Shown here piece by piece: positions 9,753 to 18,801 of a DNA stretch of 64,000 nucleotides. Within the stretch, counting starts at the first letter, position 1. Each line of letters opens with the position of its first letter. Source of the stretch: an uncultured Dehalococcoidia bacterium. Its GTDB lineage: Bacteria > Chloroflexota > Dehalococcoidia > SZUA-161. Under the pieces are notes generated by a model. It was not told the DNA's origin and searched no databases. It saw only the letters and a program-made list of their open reading frames with translations. Both the position numbers and the translations under genes were made by a program. The stretch spans positions 1,493-65,492 of the forward strand of contig CAZNOI010000005.1 in the NCBI GenBank assembly GCA_964574685.1, given 5' to 3'.

Positions 9753-10931
9753 TTATTGGTCTCGCTCAAATATGCCCGCAGCGCCCATGCCGCCGCCCGT
9801 GCACATTGTCACCATACCGTATCTGGCTTTCCGCCGCTGCATCTCGTGCATCAGCTTGACGGTAAGATAGACGCCGGTGCATCCCAGCGGATGCCCGAGG
9901 GCGATGGAACCCCCGTTGACATTGAGCCTGCTCATCTCGATCCCGAGTTCCCTCACCACGTACAACGATTGTGAGGCGAAGGCCTCGTTCAGCTCAATCA
10001 GGTCCACCTCGTCGATGCCGAGACCCGCGTTCTTCAGAGCCTTGGGCACCGCGACCACGGGCCCTATGCCCATGATATCGGGGTCGACCCCGCCGACACC
10101 GAACGCCCTGAAAGCGGCCATCGGCCTGAGCCCTATTTCGTGCGCTTTCTCGCGCGACATGACCACCACGGCGGCCGCGCCGTCGTTCATGGGACAGGAG
10201 TTGCCCGCCGTCACGCTTCCGCCCGCGCGGAACAGCGGCCTGAGCTTCGCCAGCCTCTCCAGAGACGTGTCTCGGCGCACACACTCGTCGGCGTCGAAGA
10301 CCTTCTCGTGTGCCGCCGGCTTCCCGTTCTCAAACGTCCGGTCCACGACCTTGATCGGCAGTATCTGCCTCTTGTACACTCCCTCGTCGTAGGCCCTTAT
10401 GGCCTTCTGGTGACTCTCGAAGGCGAATGCGTCCTGGTCCTCCCGGCTGATGCCGAAACGCTGCGCCACGTTTTCCGCCGTAAGGCCCATCGTGATGTAG
10501 GTCTCCGGCATCACCTCCATCAGCTCAGGGTCGGGCATCGGCTTGTTGCCGCCCATCGGCACGCACGTCATGTGCTCGACACCGGCTGCCACTATGATGT
10601 CGGCGAAGCCGCACATGACCCTCTGGCAGGCGATGGCGACGGCATCCAGACCAGATGCGCAGTACCTGTTCACGGTCATGCCCGGTACCTGAGCGGAGAG
10701 GCCCGCCTTGAGGGCGATGACTCTGCCTATGTTCATGCCCATCTCCGCTTCAGGAAAGGAGCAGCCCATCACCAGGTCATCTACCTGCTCGGGCTTGAGA
10801 CCTTCAGCGCGCTTCACCGCTTCTTTGACCATTTCTGCCGCGGTGTGCTCGGGCCTCGTGTTTCGGAGGCTACCGTTTATGGCGCGGCCCAGGGCCGTCC
10901 TTACCGCCGATACAATAACTGCGTCTGTCAT
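9753..10931 (-). CDS. fadA: Thiolase (acetyl-CoA C-acyltransferase)
   Basis: NRYCASG (catalytic Cys), NEAF, GHPLG, MCTGGGMG. Confidence 0.95.
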   Translation of the reverse strand: MTDAVIVSAVRTALGRAINGSLRNTRPEHTAAEMVKEAVKRAEGLKPEQVDDLVMGCSFPEAEMGMNIGRVIALKAGLSAQVPGMTVNRYCASGLDAVAIACQRVMCGFADIIVAAGVEHMTCVPMGGNKPMPDPELMEVMPETYITMGLTAENVAQRFGISREDQDAFAFESHQKAIRAYDEGVYKRQILPIKVVDRTFENGKPAAHEKVFDADECVRRDTSLERLAKLRPLFRAGGSVTAGNSCPMNDGAAAVVVMSREKAHEIGLRPMAAFRAFGVGGVDPDIMGIGPVVAVPKALKNAGLGIDEVDLIELNEAFASQSLYVVRELGIEMSRLNVNGGSIALGHPLGCTGVYLTVKLMHEMQRRKARYGMVTMCTGGGMGAAGIFERDQ

Positions 10932-10955
10932 TGCCGTATCTCCTTGACGCCAGGG

Positions 10956-13388
10956 CTAGTTCCTGAGCGGCTTGTTTGTCTCCATCATGTGCTTCATGCG
11001 TTCCTGCGACTTCGGCTCGCCGCAAAGGGACAGGAAGGCCTCCCTCTCCAGATCCAGCAGGTACTGCTCGGTTACCAGTGTGTTCTCATCCACGTCACCG
11101 CCTGTCACCACATAGGCCAGCTTCTTCGCGATCACGGCGTCGTGCTCGCTGATGTACAGGCCTTCCTTCAACAGATAGACGAGCAACTCCAGCAGTCCTC
11201 TGCCCGACCTGCCCGTCACCCTGATCTCATCTCTGGGCCTCGGCCTGTGATAGCCCTCCCGCACCATGTCGAGCACCACCTGCTTGGCGTCGTGCAGCAC
11301 GTGGTCCGGGTTCATCGTGAAGCTGTCGAAGCGGGTGATGTACGCCAGCTCCTGCGCCTCACGCGCGCAGCTCGATACCTTGGCCATGGCTATGGTCTCG
11401 AATGCCTTGGAAACGTAGGGAAGCAGGTCGGGCTTGCCTCCGCCGGGTACAGCACTCGGTATCTCCTTGGGTACCCAGTCGGTGCTTCTGAGCAGCAGCT
11501 CCTTGGTGCCGCCGCCGCTGGGTATGAGCCCTACTCCCATCTCGACAAGTCCGATGTAGGCTTCGGCGCTTGCCCTCACCCTCGCCGCCGCCATGACGAC
11601 CTCGCAACCTCCGCCGAGCGCCATCCTGTGGGGCGTAGCTACAACGGGCCGCTCGCAGTATTTGAGCTTCATGCAGGCTTGCTGAAGGTTTTTGGCAACC
11701 TGCTCGAGGGCATCCCATTGCCCTGAGGCCGCCGCCGGGTACATCTGTCTGAGGTCCGCACCGACGCAGAAGTTGGTGCCCTGGTTGCCGATTACCAGAC
11801 CCTCGAAGCTCTCCTCGACCGCGTCTACACTGTCGCTCATCATCTGTATGATGTCGGGGTCGATGGCGTTGCTGCGCGAGTGGAACTCCAGACAGGCGAC
11901 CCCATCTCCAATATCGATGAGGCTGGCCCCGGCATTCGTCTTGACGACCCTGGCCCTGTCCTTCAGCGAAGGCAGGATTATAACCTTGGGCTTCTCTTTG
12001 ATCTCGACGTAGTCGGCTCTGGAGAAATCATAGAAGTACTGCCTGCCGTTGCTCTCCCGGTAGAAGCTGTCGTGGCCGGATTCGAGCATCTTGCTGACAT
12101 TGGCCGGAAGACTCTCGCCCTCTCTCTCCATCCTTTCCACGGACTTCCTCAGTCCTATGGCGTCCCAGGTCTCGAACGGCCCCAGTTCCCAGTTGTAACC
12201 CCAGCTCATGGCCCTGTCGACGCTGACCACGTCGTCGGCGATCTCCGGTACCTTGTCCGCGCAGTACAGAAGCATGCGCCTGGTGACCTTCCACGCGAAC
12301 GCACCGGCCCTGTCGTCCGAATAGACGACTGTCGCGACCCTCTCGGCGGGGTCGGGCTCCTTCGCCACCTTGTCCAGCACCGGGAAGGAGGGCTTGCGTT
12401 GAGCCACGTACTCCATCGACTTGTAGTCGAGGGCCTGGATCTGTGACCCGCCCGGTCCCGGCACCTTCTTGTAGAACCCTTGCTGGGCCTTATCGCCCAG
12501 CAGCCCCTTCTCCACCATCTGCTTCACGAAATCCGGGACGGCGAACATGCTCTTCTCGGCGTCGCTTCGGACGTTCTCCGCCACGTTCTGTGCCACCTTG
12601 ACGATGGTGTCTATTCCCACCATGTCGGACGTCCTGAAGGACGCGCTTCGCGGCCTGCCCATCGGGGGCCCGGTGACGGCGTCCGCCTCCTCGATTGTAT
12701 AGCCGTCCTCTACCATGGTCTGCATGACGGCAATCATAGCCTGCGCGCCTATCCTGTTCGCAATGAAGTTGGGCGTGTCCTTGGCGAAGACTATGCTCTT
12801 GCCCAGCCTGTTCTCGCAGAAATCGGACATGAAGGAGACGACTTCCGGATCTGTCCTGCCGCCCGGTATGATCTCGAGCAGCTTCATGTGCCTCGGCGGA
12901 TTGAAGAAGTGGGTGCCCAGGAAGCACTTCTTCGTGGCTTCAGACAGCCCTTCTGATATCCGCTCTATCGAGATGCCGGAGGTATTGGTGCTCAGTATTG
13001 CATCGGCCTTGAGATTGGGCTCCACCCTGCTCAGAAGGCTCTTCTTGATTTCAAGGTCCTCAGCCACTGCCTCAATCACCCAGTCGGCGTCGACCAGCCA
13101 TTCCAGATGGTCCTCGAAGTTCCCCGGCTTGACCAGCCTGGCGTCGTCCGGGACGAACATGGCCGGCGGGCTGGTGCCTATGGTGCCCTGAATGCCCTGG
13201 GTGGCCAGCTTGTTCCTGAAAGTGGGCGACTCCTTCGTGAATCCCTTCTTCTGGTCCTGCGCGTCCAGTTCAGGCGGGACTATGTCCAGGAGGTAGACTG
13301 GTATGTCCACGCCTGCGAGGAGAGCGGCGATCCTGCTGCCCATGACGCCTGCTCCGAGTACGGCTGCCTTCCTGATAGTCCTTCTCAT
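10956..13388 (-). CDS. fadN: 3-hydroxyacyl-CoA dehydrogenase / enoyl-CoA hydratase fusion
   Basis: GAGVMG Rossmann motif, NTSG, HFFNP, then a crotonase domain (NFCVGADL, GGGCE, GLVEMGVGLIP). Confidence 0.93.
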   Translation of the reverse strand: MRRTIRKAAVLGAGVMGSRIAALLAGVDIPVYLLDIVPPELDAQDQKKGFTKESPTFRNKLATQGIQGTIGTSPPAMFVPDDARLVKPGNFEDHLEWLVDADWVIEAVAEDLEIKKSLLSRVEPNLKADAILSTNTSGISIERISEGLSEATKKCFLGTHFFNPPRHMKLLEIIPGGRTDPEVVSFMSDFCENRLGKSIVFAKDTPNFIANRIGAQAMIAVMQTMVEDGYTIEEADAVTGPPMGRPRSASFRTSDMVGIDTIVKVAQNVAENVRSDAEKSMFAVPDFVKQMVEKGLLGDKAQQGFYKKVPGPGGSQIQALDYKSMEYVAQRKPSFPVLDKVAKEPDPAERVATVVYSDDRAGAFAWKVTRRMLLYCADKVPEIADDVVSVDRAMSWGYNWELGPFETWDAIGLRKSVERMEREGESLPANVSKMLESGHDSFYRESNGRQYFYDFSRADYVEIKEKPKVIILPSLKDRARVVKTNAGASLIDIGDGVACLEFHSRSNAIDPDIIQMMSDSVDAVEESFEGLVIGNQGTNFCVGADLRQMYPAAASGQWDALEQVAKNLQQACMKLKYCERPVVATPHRMALGGGCEVVMAAARVRASAEAYIGLVEMGVGLIPSGGGTKELLLRSTDWVPKEIPSAVPGGGKPDLLPYVSKAFETIAMAKVSSCAREAQELAYITRFDSFTMNPDHVLHDAKQVVLDMVREGYHRPRPRDEIRVTGRSGRGLLELLVYLLKEGLYISEHDAVIAKKLAYVVTGGDVDENTLVTEQYLLDLEREAFLSLCGEPKSQERMKHMMETNKPLRN

Positions 13389-13442
13389 TGTCGGTCTCCC
13401 TGTAGTATGAAGATAGGGCGGGACTGCTGCTGTCTGTGGTAT

Positions 13443-15119
13443 TCAGGCGTCAGGGCGCCCCGAGGTCACCTGGCTTTGCCGAGCGCCCTCCTCATCTCTG
13501 GGCGGCACGCAGCTCATGGCGTATTCGGCCAGCGCGGTAATGGTCAGGCTCGGGTTGACTCCCGGGTTGGCGGGTACGATCGAGCCGTCGACTACGTAGA
13601 GGCCGGGATAGTTGTGCACGTGGCAGTCGAGGCCGATGACGCCCTCGTCGGCCGTTCGACCGAACGGACAGCCGCCGAGTATGTGCGCCGTCGTTTCCAT
13701 GTCGACCAGGCTCTCGCTGATGGAAGCTCCAGCGAAGCCGTTGGTCTTGGCGGCGAAGTCCTTCGTGACCCTGTGAGCCATATCGACCCTGGGCGGGACC
13801 ATCTCCTCAGCATCCGGCTCCGATACCAGGCCGCGCCGGAAAAAGGTGAAGATGCTCCGCCCTCGCCTGAGCCGAAGCCTGTTGTCGACCGTCTGCATTA
13901 CCAGCAATATCGTGGTGCGGCGGGCCCAGCCGGGCAGTACCCAGGCCCGAATGTAGTCGATCGGATGTGTCACCATGTCTATGGCCGACCGGAGCAGGCG
14001 GACGAAGGTGTTGGACTGCCGGGGAATCAACGGCCCTACGAGTATGCGCATGAGCGACGAGCCGTCTGGGTATCTGACAGGTTCGATTCGAGTCACTTCG
14101 TCGCCCCGGAAGATGGAGGTGATGGCTATGCCCTTCGAGTAGTTGACCACCTTCTCCTTTGCCATCACACCGAGGAGGGCCTCGCTGTTCGTTCTCACCA
14201 TGTCTCCGAGGCGGGGGGAGATATCGCGCAGGGAGCCGGTCTCGTCTCTCGCATGGAAGAGCAGCTTCAGCGTGCCCAGGACGCCAGCAGACAGGATGAC
14301 ATTGCGCGCCCTGACCCGGCGCTCTCTCTTCAGAAGCCAGGCGGTGCTGCTTCGCGTGACCAGTTCGTAGAGGGCGCCGTCCGGTTGTCCCGCTGCCAGC
14401 GTTCGGATGTCCGCTACCTGTGTTTCGGGCACGATCCGGGCGCCCCATTTCTCCGCGAAGTACAGGTAGTTCTTCACCAGCGTGTTCTTGCCGTTGTACT
14501 TGCACCCTACCATACAGCCGCCGCAGAAGTTGCATCCGGACCTTGGCGGCCCTTCGCCGCCGAAGTACGGGTCGGGCACCTCTTCGCCCTCAGGGCCGAA
14601 GAACACCCCCACCTGCGTTGGTCTGAAAGTGTCGCCCTGGCCCAGCTCGTCGGCTATCTCCTTCAGGACCTCGTCTGCCGGCGAGAGTCGCGGGTTCTGA
14701 GTGACTCCGAGCATGTGCTTCGCCGTCTCGTAATGGGGCTTGAGTATCGCCTTCCAGTCGGCGAAGTCCTGCCAGGACCTTGCCTCGAAGAGCCGATCGT
14801 CGGGCACTTCGAGCACGTTCGCGTAGCCCAGGCTTCCGCCGCCGACACCGGAGCCATGCAGGACGAGTCCGTGCTTGAGGGCGCTTATCTGTAGGATGCC
14901 GAAGCAGCGCAGGGCCGGAAGCCAGAGGTACTTCCAGACCTGCCAGTTGGGACCGAAGGTCTCCTCGCTCCAGCGCTTCCCCCGCTCGAGGAGGAGCACG
15001 CTGTAGCCCTTCTCGGCGAGGCGCATGGCGGACACGCTCCCGCCGAAGCCGGAGCCAATGACCACATAGTCATAGGTCTGGCCGAGTTTTGCGTCTGCTG
15101 AAGCGATGGTCCTGGGCAC
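13443..15119 (-). CDS. GMC-family FAD oxidoreductase, cholesterol oxidase (ChoD)-like
   Basis: YDYVVIGSGFGGSVSAMRL, GVGGGSL.YAN, C..CGGCMVGC, TAHILGG, GVNPSLTITALAE. Start moved to GTG 15119, which has a GAGGAGG RBS. Confidence 0.85.
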   Translation of the reverse strand: MPRTIASADAKLGQTYDYVVIGSGFGGSVSAMRLAEKGYSVLLLERGKRWSEETFGPNWQVWKYLWLPALRCFGILQISALKHGLVLHGSGVGGGSLGYANVLEVPDDRLFEARSWQDFADWKAILKPHYETAKHMLGVTQNPRLSPADEVLKEIADELGQGDTFRPTQVGVFFGPEGEEVPDPYFGGEGPPRSGCNFCGGCMVGCKYNGKNTLVKNYLYFAEKWGARIVPETQVADIRTLAAGQPDGALYELVTRSSTAWLLKRERRVRARNVILSAGVLGTLKLLFHARDETGSLRDISPRLGDMVRTNSEALLGVMAKEKVVNYSKGIAITSIFRGDEVTRIEPVRYPDGSSLMRILVGPLIPRQSNTFVRLLRSAIDMVTHPIDYIRAWVLPGWARRTTILLVMQTVDNRLRLRRGRSIFTFFRRGLVSEPDAEEMVPPRVDMAHRVTKDFAAKTNGFAGASISESLVDMETTAHILGGCPFGRTADEGVIGLDCHVHNYPGLYVVDGSIVPANPGVNPSLTITALAEYAMSCVPPRDEEGARQSQVTSGRPDA

Positions 15120-15240
15120 CGTCCCTCCTCTTGGCGGCGGAGGTATGACGGGCGGCTCGTTACATTCGTGGGGGGCGTAAGCTAATTCGTAGCATATGTC
15201 AGCTTTCATGTCAACTATCGTGCACGATGTCGGGCGTGAG

Positions 15241-15269
15241 TTGTAATCGTGAGCGTTGACCCCTATACT
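15241..15269 (+). promoter_or_regulatory. Sigma70-type promoter
   Basis: TTGTAA-17 bp-TATACT directly upstream of the DUF3786 gene. Confidence 0.55.
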
Positions 15270-15286
15270 GTCTGTGGAGAGGCAAC

Positions 15287-15886
15287 GTGGGTAACGAAGA
15301 GGCCCTGCAGAGGGCGCTGGAGGAAATGAAGGGCATTGTGCCTTACGCCGTCGCCTCCAAGAGCGGCTGCGATTTCGACGGCGGCAGGTTCAGAGTGCCT
15401 TTCTTCAACCGCGTGTTCTTGGTCAGTCACCCCGATATCAGGGTGGAGGAGGAGGGGACCGGCGCCAAGGTGCCGCAGTACATAGACATCATACTGCTGC
15501 ACTATCTGCTCCAGGCCGACGGAACGCCCCTCGCCGACCAGTGGATAGCCTACAGGCAGTTGCCGGGGGCGAACCTGTTTGAGCGCAGGTTCCAGCAGAT
15601 GGCGATGATTCCGCTGCAGCGCATCTTCGGCAACGACCTCGAAGGGTTCAGCAAGGCCGGAGAGGCAATAGGCGGAGATCCCATGAGCCGCACCGGGGAC
15701 GCCGCATTCAAGTTCATGGCACTGCCCAAGGTGCCGATTGGCTGCATATACTACGAGGGCGAGGAGGGCATCCCATCCTCGATCAACGTGCTGTTCGACG
15801 CCTCCGCGCCCAACTACCTGCCGACCGAGGACCTGTCGCTGCTTGGGGTCTACCTCGTGGGGGCGCTGAAGAAGGTGAAGCCCTAG
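15287..15886 (+). CDS. DUF3786 domain protein
   Basis: IILLHYLLQADG..L..QWIAYRQLPG...F and PSSINVLFD..A..YLPTED pattern typical of this anaerobe family. Confidence 0.75.
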   Translation: MGNEEALQRALEEMKGIVPYAVASKSGCDFDGGRFRVPFFNRVFLVSHPDIRVEEEGTGAKVPQYIDIILLHYLLQADGTPLADQWIAYRQLPGANLFERRFQQMAMIPLQRIFGNDLEGFSKAGEAIGGDPMSRTGDAAFKFMALPKVPIGCIYYEGEEGIPSSINVLFDASAPNYLPTEDLSLLGVYLVGALKKVKP

Positions 15887-17340
15887 CCCTCTCCTTCGTG
15901 CAGCCTGCGCAGGATGTCCCAGAAAGCCCCGCGAAACCCGTCCCTGATGGCGTTCACCAGCACCGTGTTGTCGTTGTAGTTGTAGTTCTGATCCTCGTCC
16001 GACGGAGACACGAAGAAGAAACGCTCGTCACTTCCGACGAGCTCGGCCACATACCCAGGAGCGTCTTCACCGAGTTGAGCCGAGAGGTAGAACACCGGCT
16101 CGAAGAGGGAACCGTCACCCGTGAAGGCGGCCTGAAGGTTTGGGTTATCCTTGAGCGGACCCGTCCGGCTCAGATCCGCGGCCAACTGCGTGCCGGGGTA
16201 CACGCGGACGCCAAGAGATATGCCGGCCCTGTCCGGAGATATCCGCTTCACCCGCTCGATCGTCTCCCGCAGCGACTCCCTGGTCTCGCCTGGGCCGCCG
16301 AGCAGCAGGTCATACATTGCGGCGATGCCCGTCTCCCGGCAAGCTGCCGCAGCACGCTCCACGTCCTCAACGCTGAAGTCGCGGCCAAGGCTGCTAAGCA
16401 TACGGTCGCACGCGCTGTCCACGCCGAAGTTGATGCCGGCGCAACCCGCCCTGCGGCACAGCCCGGCGAGTTCCCGGTCGAAGCCGGCAGGACTGGCGTA
16501 TGTGTACCACCTGACTCGGTCTCCCATGCCTCGTCCGGCCAGTGTCTTGCAGACTTGCACAGCGTGCTCTCGGGGCACATTGAACTCGCTGTCACACAGG
16601 TGCAGGTGATCAACGCCCGCCCTGAGGAGCGCCTCCATCTCATCGGCCACGCTCGTCGGCGACCGCATCCTGATCCGCCTGCCCTTGCCCACGGGATCGG
16701 CGCAGTAGATGCAACCCCGGTCGCAGCCGCGCTTCGTCTCGATGCAGCCCATCCCGCCCTCAATGAAGTAGCGCCGGTTGTCGACTGCACCCCTGGCCGG
16801 TGCAGGCATGTTCGCAAGATCGAGGAATGCCGGGCTGTTGGTTCGGAACCCGGTGCCCCGGAGAAGGACCAGGCCGGGTATGTCCTCATACTCCGCTCCG
16901 TTTGACAACCGCTGCAGCAGAAGGGGCAAGGCGTGTTCTCCCTCACCCCATATACCGAGGTCGAGCCCGCAGTAGCTCAGGATCGCTTCAGGCATGACCG
17001 AGAACCCGGCACCCCCCAGCACGACGGGAGCGCTGGTATAGCGGCGGACGAGGTCCAGCATGTTCCTGAGCTCGGGGATGAAGAAGTCGCGGCTGGCGAA
17101 ATACGCATCGTCGGTGTTGCGAATGGTGAAAGCGACCGCGAGCACATCTCTGCTTCCGAAGAAGTACTCGACGTCACGCTCAATATCCGTAGAGAAGCAC
17201 AGGTCCAGCAACTCCGGTGAGAAGCCGTCTTTACCGAGAGCGTCGGCGAGATAGTCAAGGGCAAGAGGGGCTACCGTCGGCTTCATCCGGTTGGGGTTGA
17301 CGAGGGCAACCGTGCCCCTGCTGTGGGGTGTGGGAGGCAT
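15883..17340 (-). CDS. Cobalamin-dependent radical SAM methyltransferase, TsrM-like
   Basis: B12-binding N-terminus (GTVALVNPN, TIRNTD, APVVLGGAGFS), CxxxCxxC (CDRGCIYC), CDSEFN, C-terminal NYNDN...GFRGAFW. Start is ATG 17340, overlapping the upstream TGA. Confidence 0.88.
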   Translation of the reverse strand: MPPTPHSRGTVALVNPNRMKPTVAPLALDYLADALGKDGFSPELLDLCFSTDIERDVEYFFGSRDVLAVAFTIRNTDDAYFASRDFFIPELRNMLDLVRRYTSAPVVLGGAGFSVMPEAILSYCGLDLGIWGEGEHALPLLLQRLSNGAEYEDIPGLVLLRGTGFRTNSPAFLDLANMPAPARGAVDNRRYFIEGGMGCIETKRGCDRGCIYCADPVGKGRRIRMRSPTSVADEMEALLRAGVDHLHLCDSEFNVPREHAVQVCKTLAGRGMGDRVRWYTYASPAGFDRELAGLCRRAGCAGINFGVDSACDRMLSSLGRDFSVEDVERAAAACRETGIAAMYDLLLGGPGETRESLRETIERVKRISPDRAGISLGVRVYPGTQLAADLSRTGPLKDNPNLQAAFTGDGSLFEPVFYLSAQLGEDAPGYVAELVGSDERFFFVSPSDEDQNYNYNDNTVLVNAIRDGFRGAFWDILRRLHEGEG

Positions 17341-18128
17341 CAGGGCTCCCCGGCGATCCCGTTCGCGCGCATTAGCCATTCCAGTGCAGCCGACATCGCG
17401 GGCTCGCAGAGGCGCAGCCGGTGGTCGCCGCCCTCGATGATGCAGATGTCCTTCGGCTCCCGCGCCTTCTCGTACAGCATGCGGGCGTGGCTCGGGTCGA
17501 CAGTCTCGTCGTTCGCGCCGTGAACGAACAGTATGGGTCGTGGCGAGATATCCTGCACGCAGTCTATGGGATTGACCTCTTCGAAGCCCCTGACCCACTC
17601 CTCGACCGACGGCGGGAAGTCTGGGTCGCGGATCGTGCCCACATTGCGGCAGTGCTGCAGGAACTCTTCAGCCCTTGCGAACTCAGCTATGCTGAAGAAC
17701 CGGTAAGGGCAGGCGCAGGCCACGACTGATTGTATCCTGCTGTCTTTCGCCGCGCGGTAGACCGTGACGGCCGCGCCGCCGCTGAAGCCCATGACGGACA
17801 GGCGCGACGCGTCGATGCCGTCCAACCGGCAAATGTAGTCCGTGGCGGCCTCCAGGTCGCGCGTCCAGCCGAGCAGGTCGAGGTTGCCCTCGCTCTCACC
17901 GGCACCCCGGAAGTTGAAGATCAGCACGGCGAAACCGTGACCGGAGAACCTCTCTGCCAGCAACGGATATCCGCGGTCGTTGGGGTCGGGGACGCGCTTC
18001 GCGGGAACACCGTGACAGAGGATCAGACCGGGGTGTGGCCCTTCCCCCTCGGGCAGGTGCAGCTCCGCGGCCAGCCTCAGCCCGTCGGCATGGAGGTCAA
18101 GTCTTCGCACTGACCCAGTACTCGCCAT
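17340..18128 (-). CDS. Alpha/beta hydrolase
   Basis: ILCHG, FNFRG.GES.G, nucleophile elbow GFSGG, VHGANDETV, GGDH. Confidence 0.9.
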   Translation of the reverse strand: MASTGSVRRLDLHADGLRLAAELHLPEGEGPHPGLILCHGVPAKRVPDPNDRGYPLLAERFSGHGFAVLIFNFRGAGESEGNLDLLGWTRDLEAATDYICRLDGIDASRLSVMGFSGGAAVTVYRAAKDSRIQSVVACACPYRFFSIAEFARAEEFLQHCRNVGTIRDPDFPPSVEEWVRGFEEVNPIDCVQDISPRPILFVHGANDETVDPSHARMLYEKAREPKDICIIEGGDHRLRLCEPAMSAALEWLMRANGIAGEP

Positions 18129-18516
18129 CCTCGCGCGACTCCCTGGCCGAGACCACCTGCTTGAAGCGGTCTATGATGAACTGGCAGGCGGCGAAACCCT
18201 CCGGACGATGGATGGTGGCCACGGCGATCACCAGGGTGACGTCGCCCGCGGGCACCTTGCCGGTGCGATAGCATACCACTGTTTCCCTGATGCCCCACTT
18301 CCGCCGTGCCTCCTTGAGTATGGCCGAGAACCGCTCCTTCGCGGCATCCGCGTCGGCATCGTGCTCGAGCGAATGCACGGCCTTGCCGCCGGAGGTACCG
18401 CGCACCTTGCCGATGAAGCTGGTTATGGCCCCGCACTCCTTTCCCTCGACGAGTGAGATCACCTCGGCGGGATCAATTGGCTGGTCCGTAGTCCGGATGG
18501 TGTCCTGCCCGTTCAC
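18097..18516 (-). CDS. moaE: MoaE-like molybdopterin synthase large subunit (divergent)
   Basis: CGAITSFIGKVRG, YRTGKVPAGD, HRPEGFAACQFIIDRFK; the PxWKxE motif is missing. GTG start at 18516 with a GGAGG RBS. Confidence 0.7.
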   Translation of the reverse strand: MNGQDTIRTTDQPIDPAEVISLVEGKECGAITSFIGKVRGTSGGKAVHSLEHDADADAAKERFSAILKEARRKWGIRETVVCYRTGKVPAGDVTLVIAVATIHRPEGFAACQFIIDRFKQVVSARESREDGEYWVSAKT

Positions 18517-18602
18517 TGCGCCTCCTTCCACCTGCTATCTACAATTGGATTATAAGTGGTGGCAAATGCGGAAGTCCACCCGTCGTCGCCTCGCCCGGCC
18601 GG

Positions 18603-18694
18603 GCCGGGAGCATCGGCTCCCGGCTGAAATGGTCGGTTTAGCTGCGCTGCACCCACCCTACAGCTTGGATAGGCCGGGAGCATCCGCTCCCGGC
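18603..18694. repeat. Two copies of a 22-bp palindrome flanking a GTAG-type REP
   Basis: GCCGGGAGC-ATC(G/C)-GCTCCCGGC at 18603-18624 and 18673-18694. The REP GTAGGGTGGGTGCAGCGCAGCTAAACC lies between them on the minus strand, starting at 18661. Confidence 0.8.
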
Positions 18695-18746
18695 GGGGGA
18701 ATCGAATGGGGCGGACACGCCCGTTGCCGGTATCCTCCCATGAGAT

Positions 18747-18775
18747 TTGACCCTGTAACCGCAGCGAAATAGAAT
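18747..18775 (+). promoter_or_regulatory. Sigma70-type promoter
   Basis: TTGACC-17 bp-TAGAAT upstream of the carboxyltransferase at 18802. Confidence 0.6.
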
Positions 18776-18801
18776 GAGATTTTGATGCTCGTGGAGGTGT
18801 A

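Noticed and set aside
13107-14894. 595-aa plus-strand ORF, and similar long ORFs at 10140..11726, 25653..27071, 29904..31229 and 43733..44899
   Set aside because: Antisense shadows of well-supported genes; expected in GC-rich DNA with biased codon use; no motifs.
17341-17598. N-terminal extension of the B12 radical SAM ORF given in the track
   Set aside because: It lies inside the hydrolase gene; homology starts at the ATG at 17340, which is coupled to the hydrolase stop.
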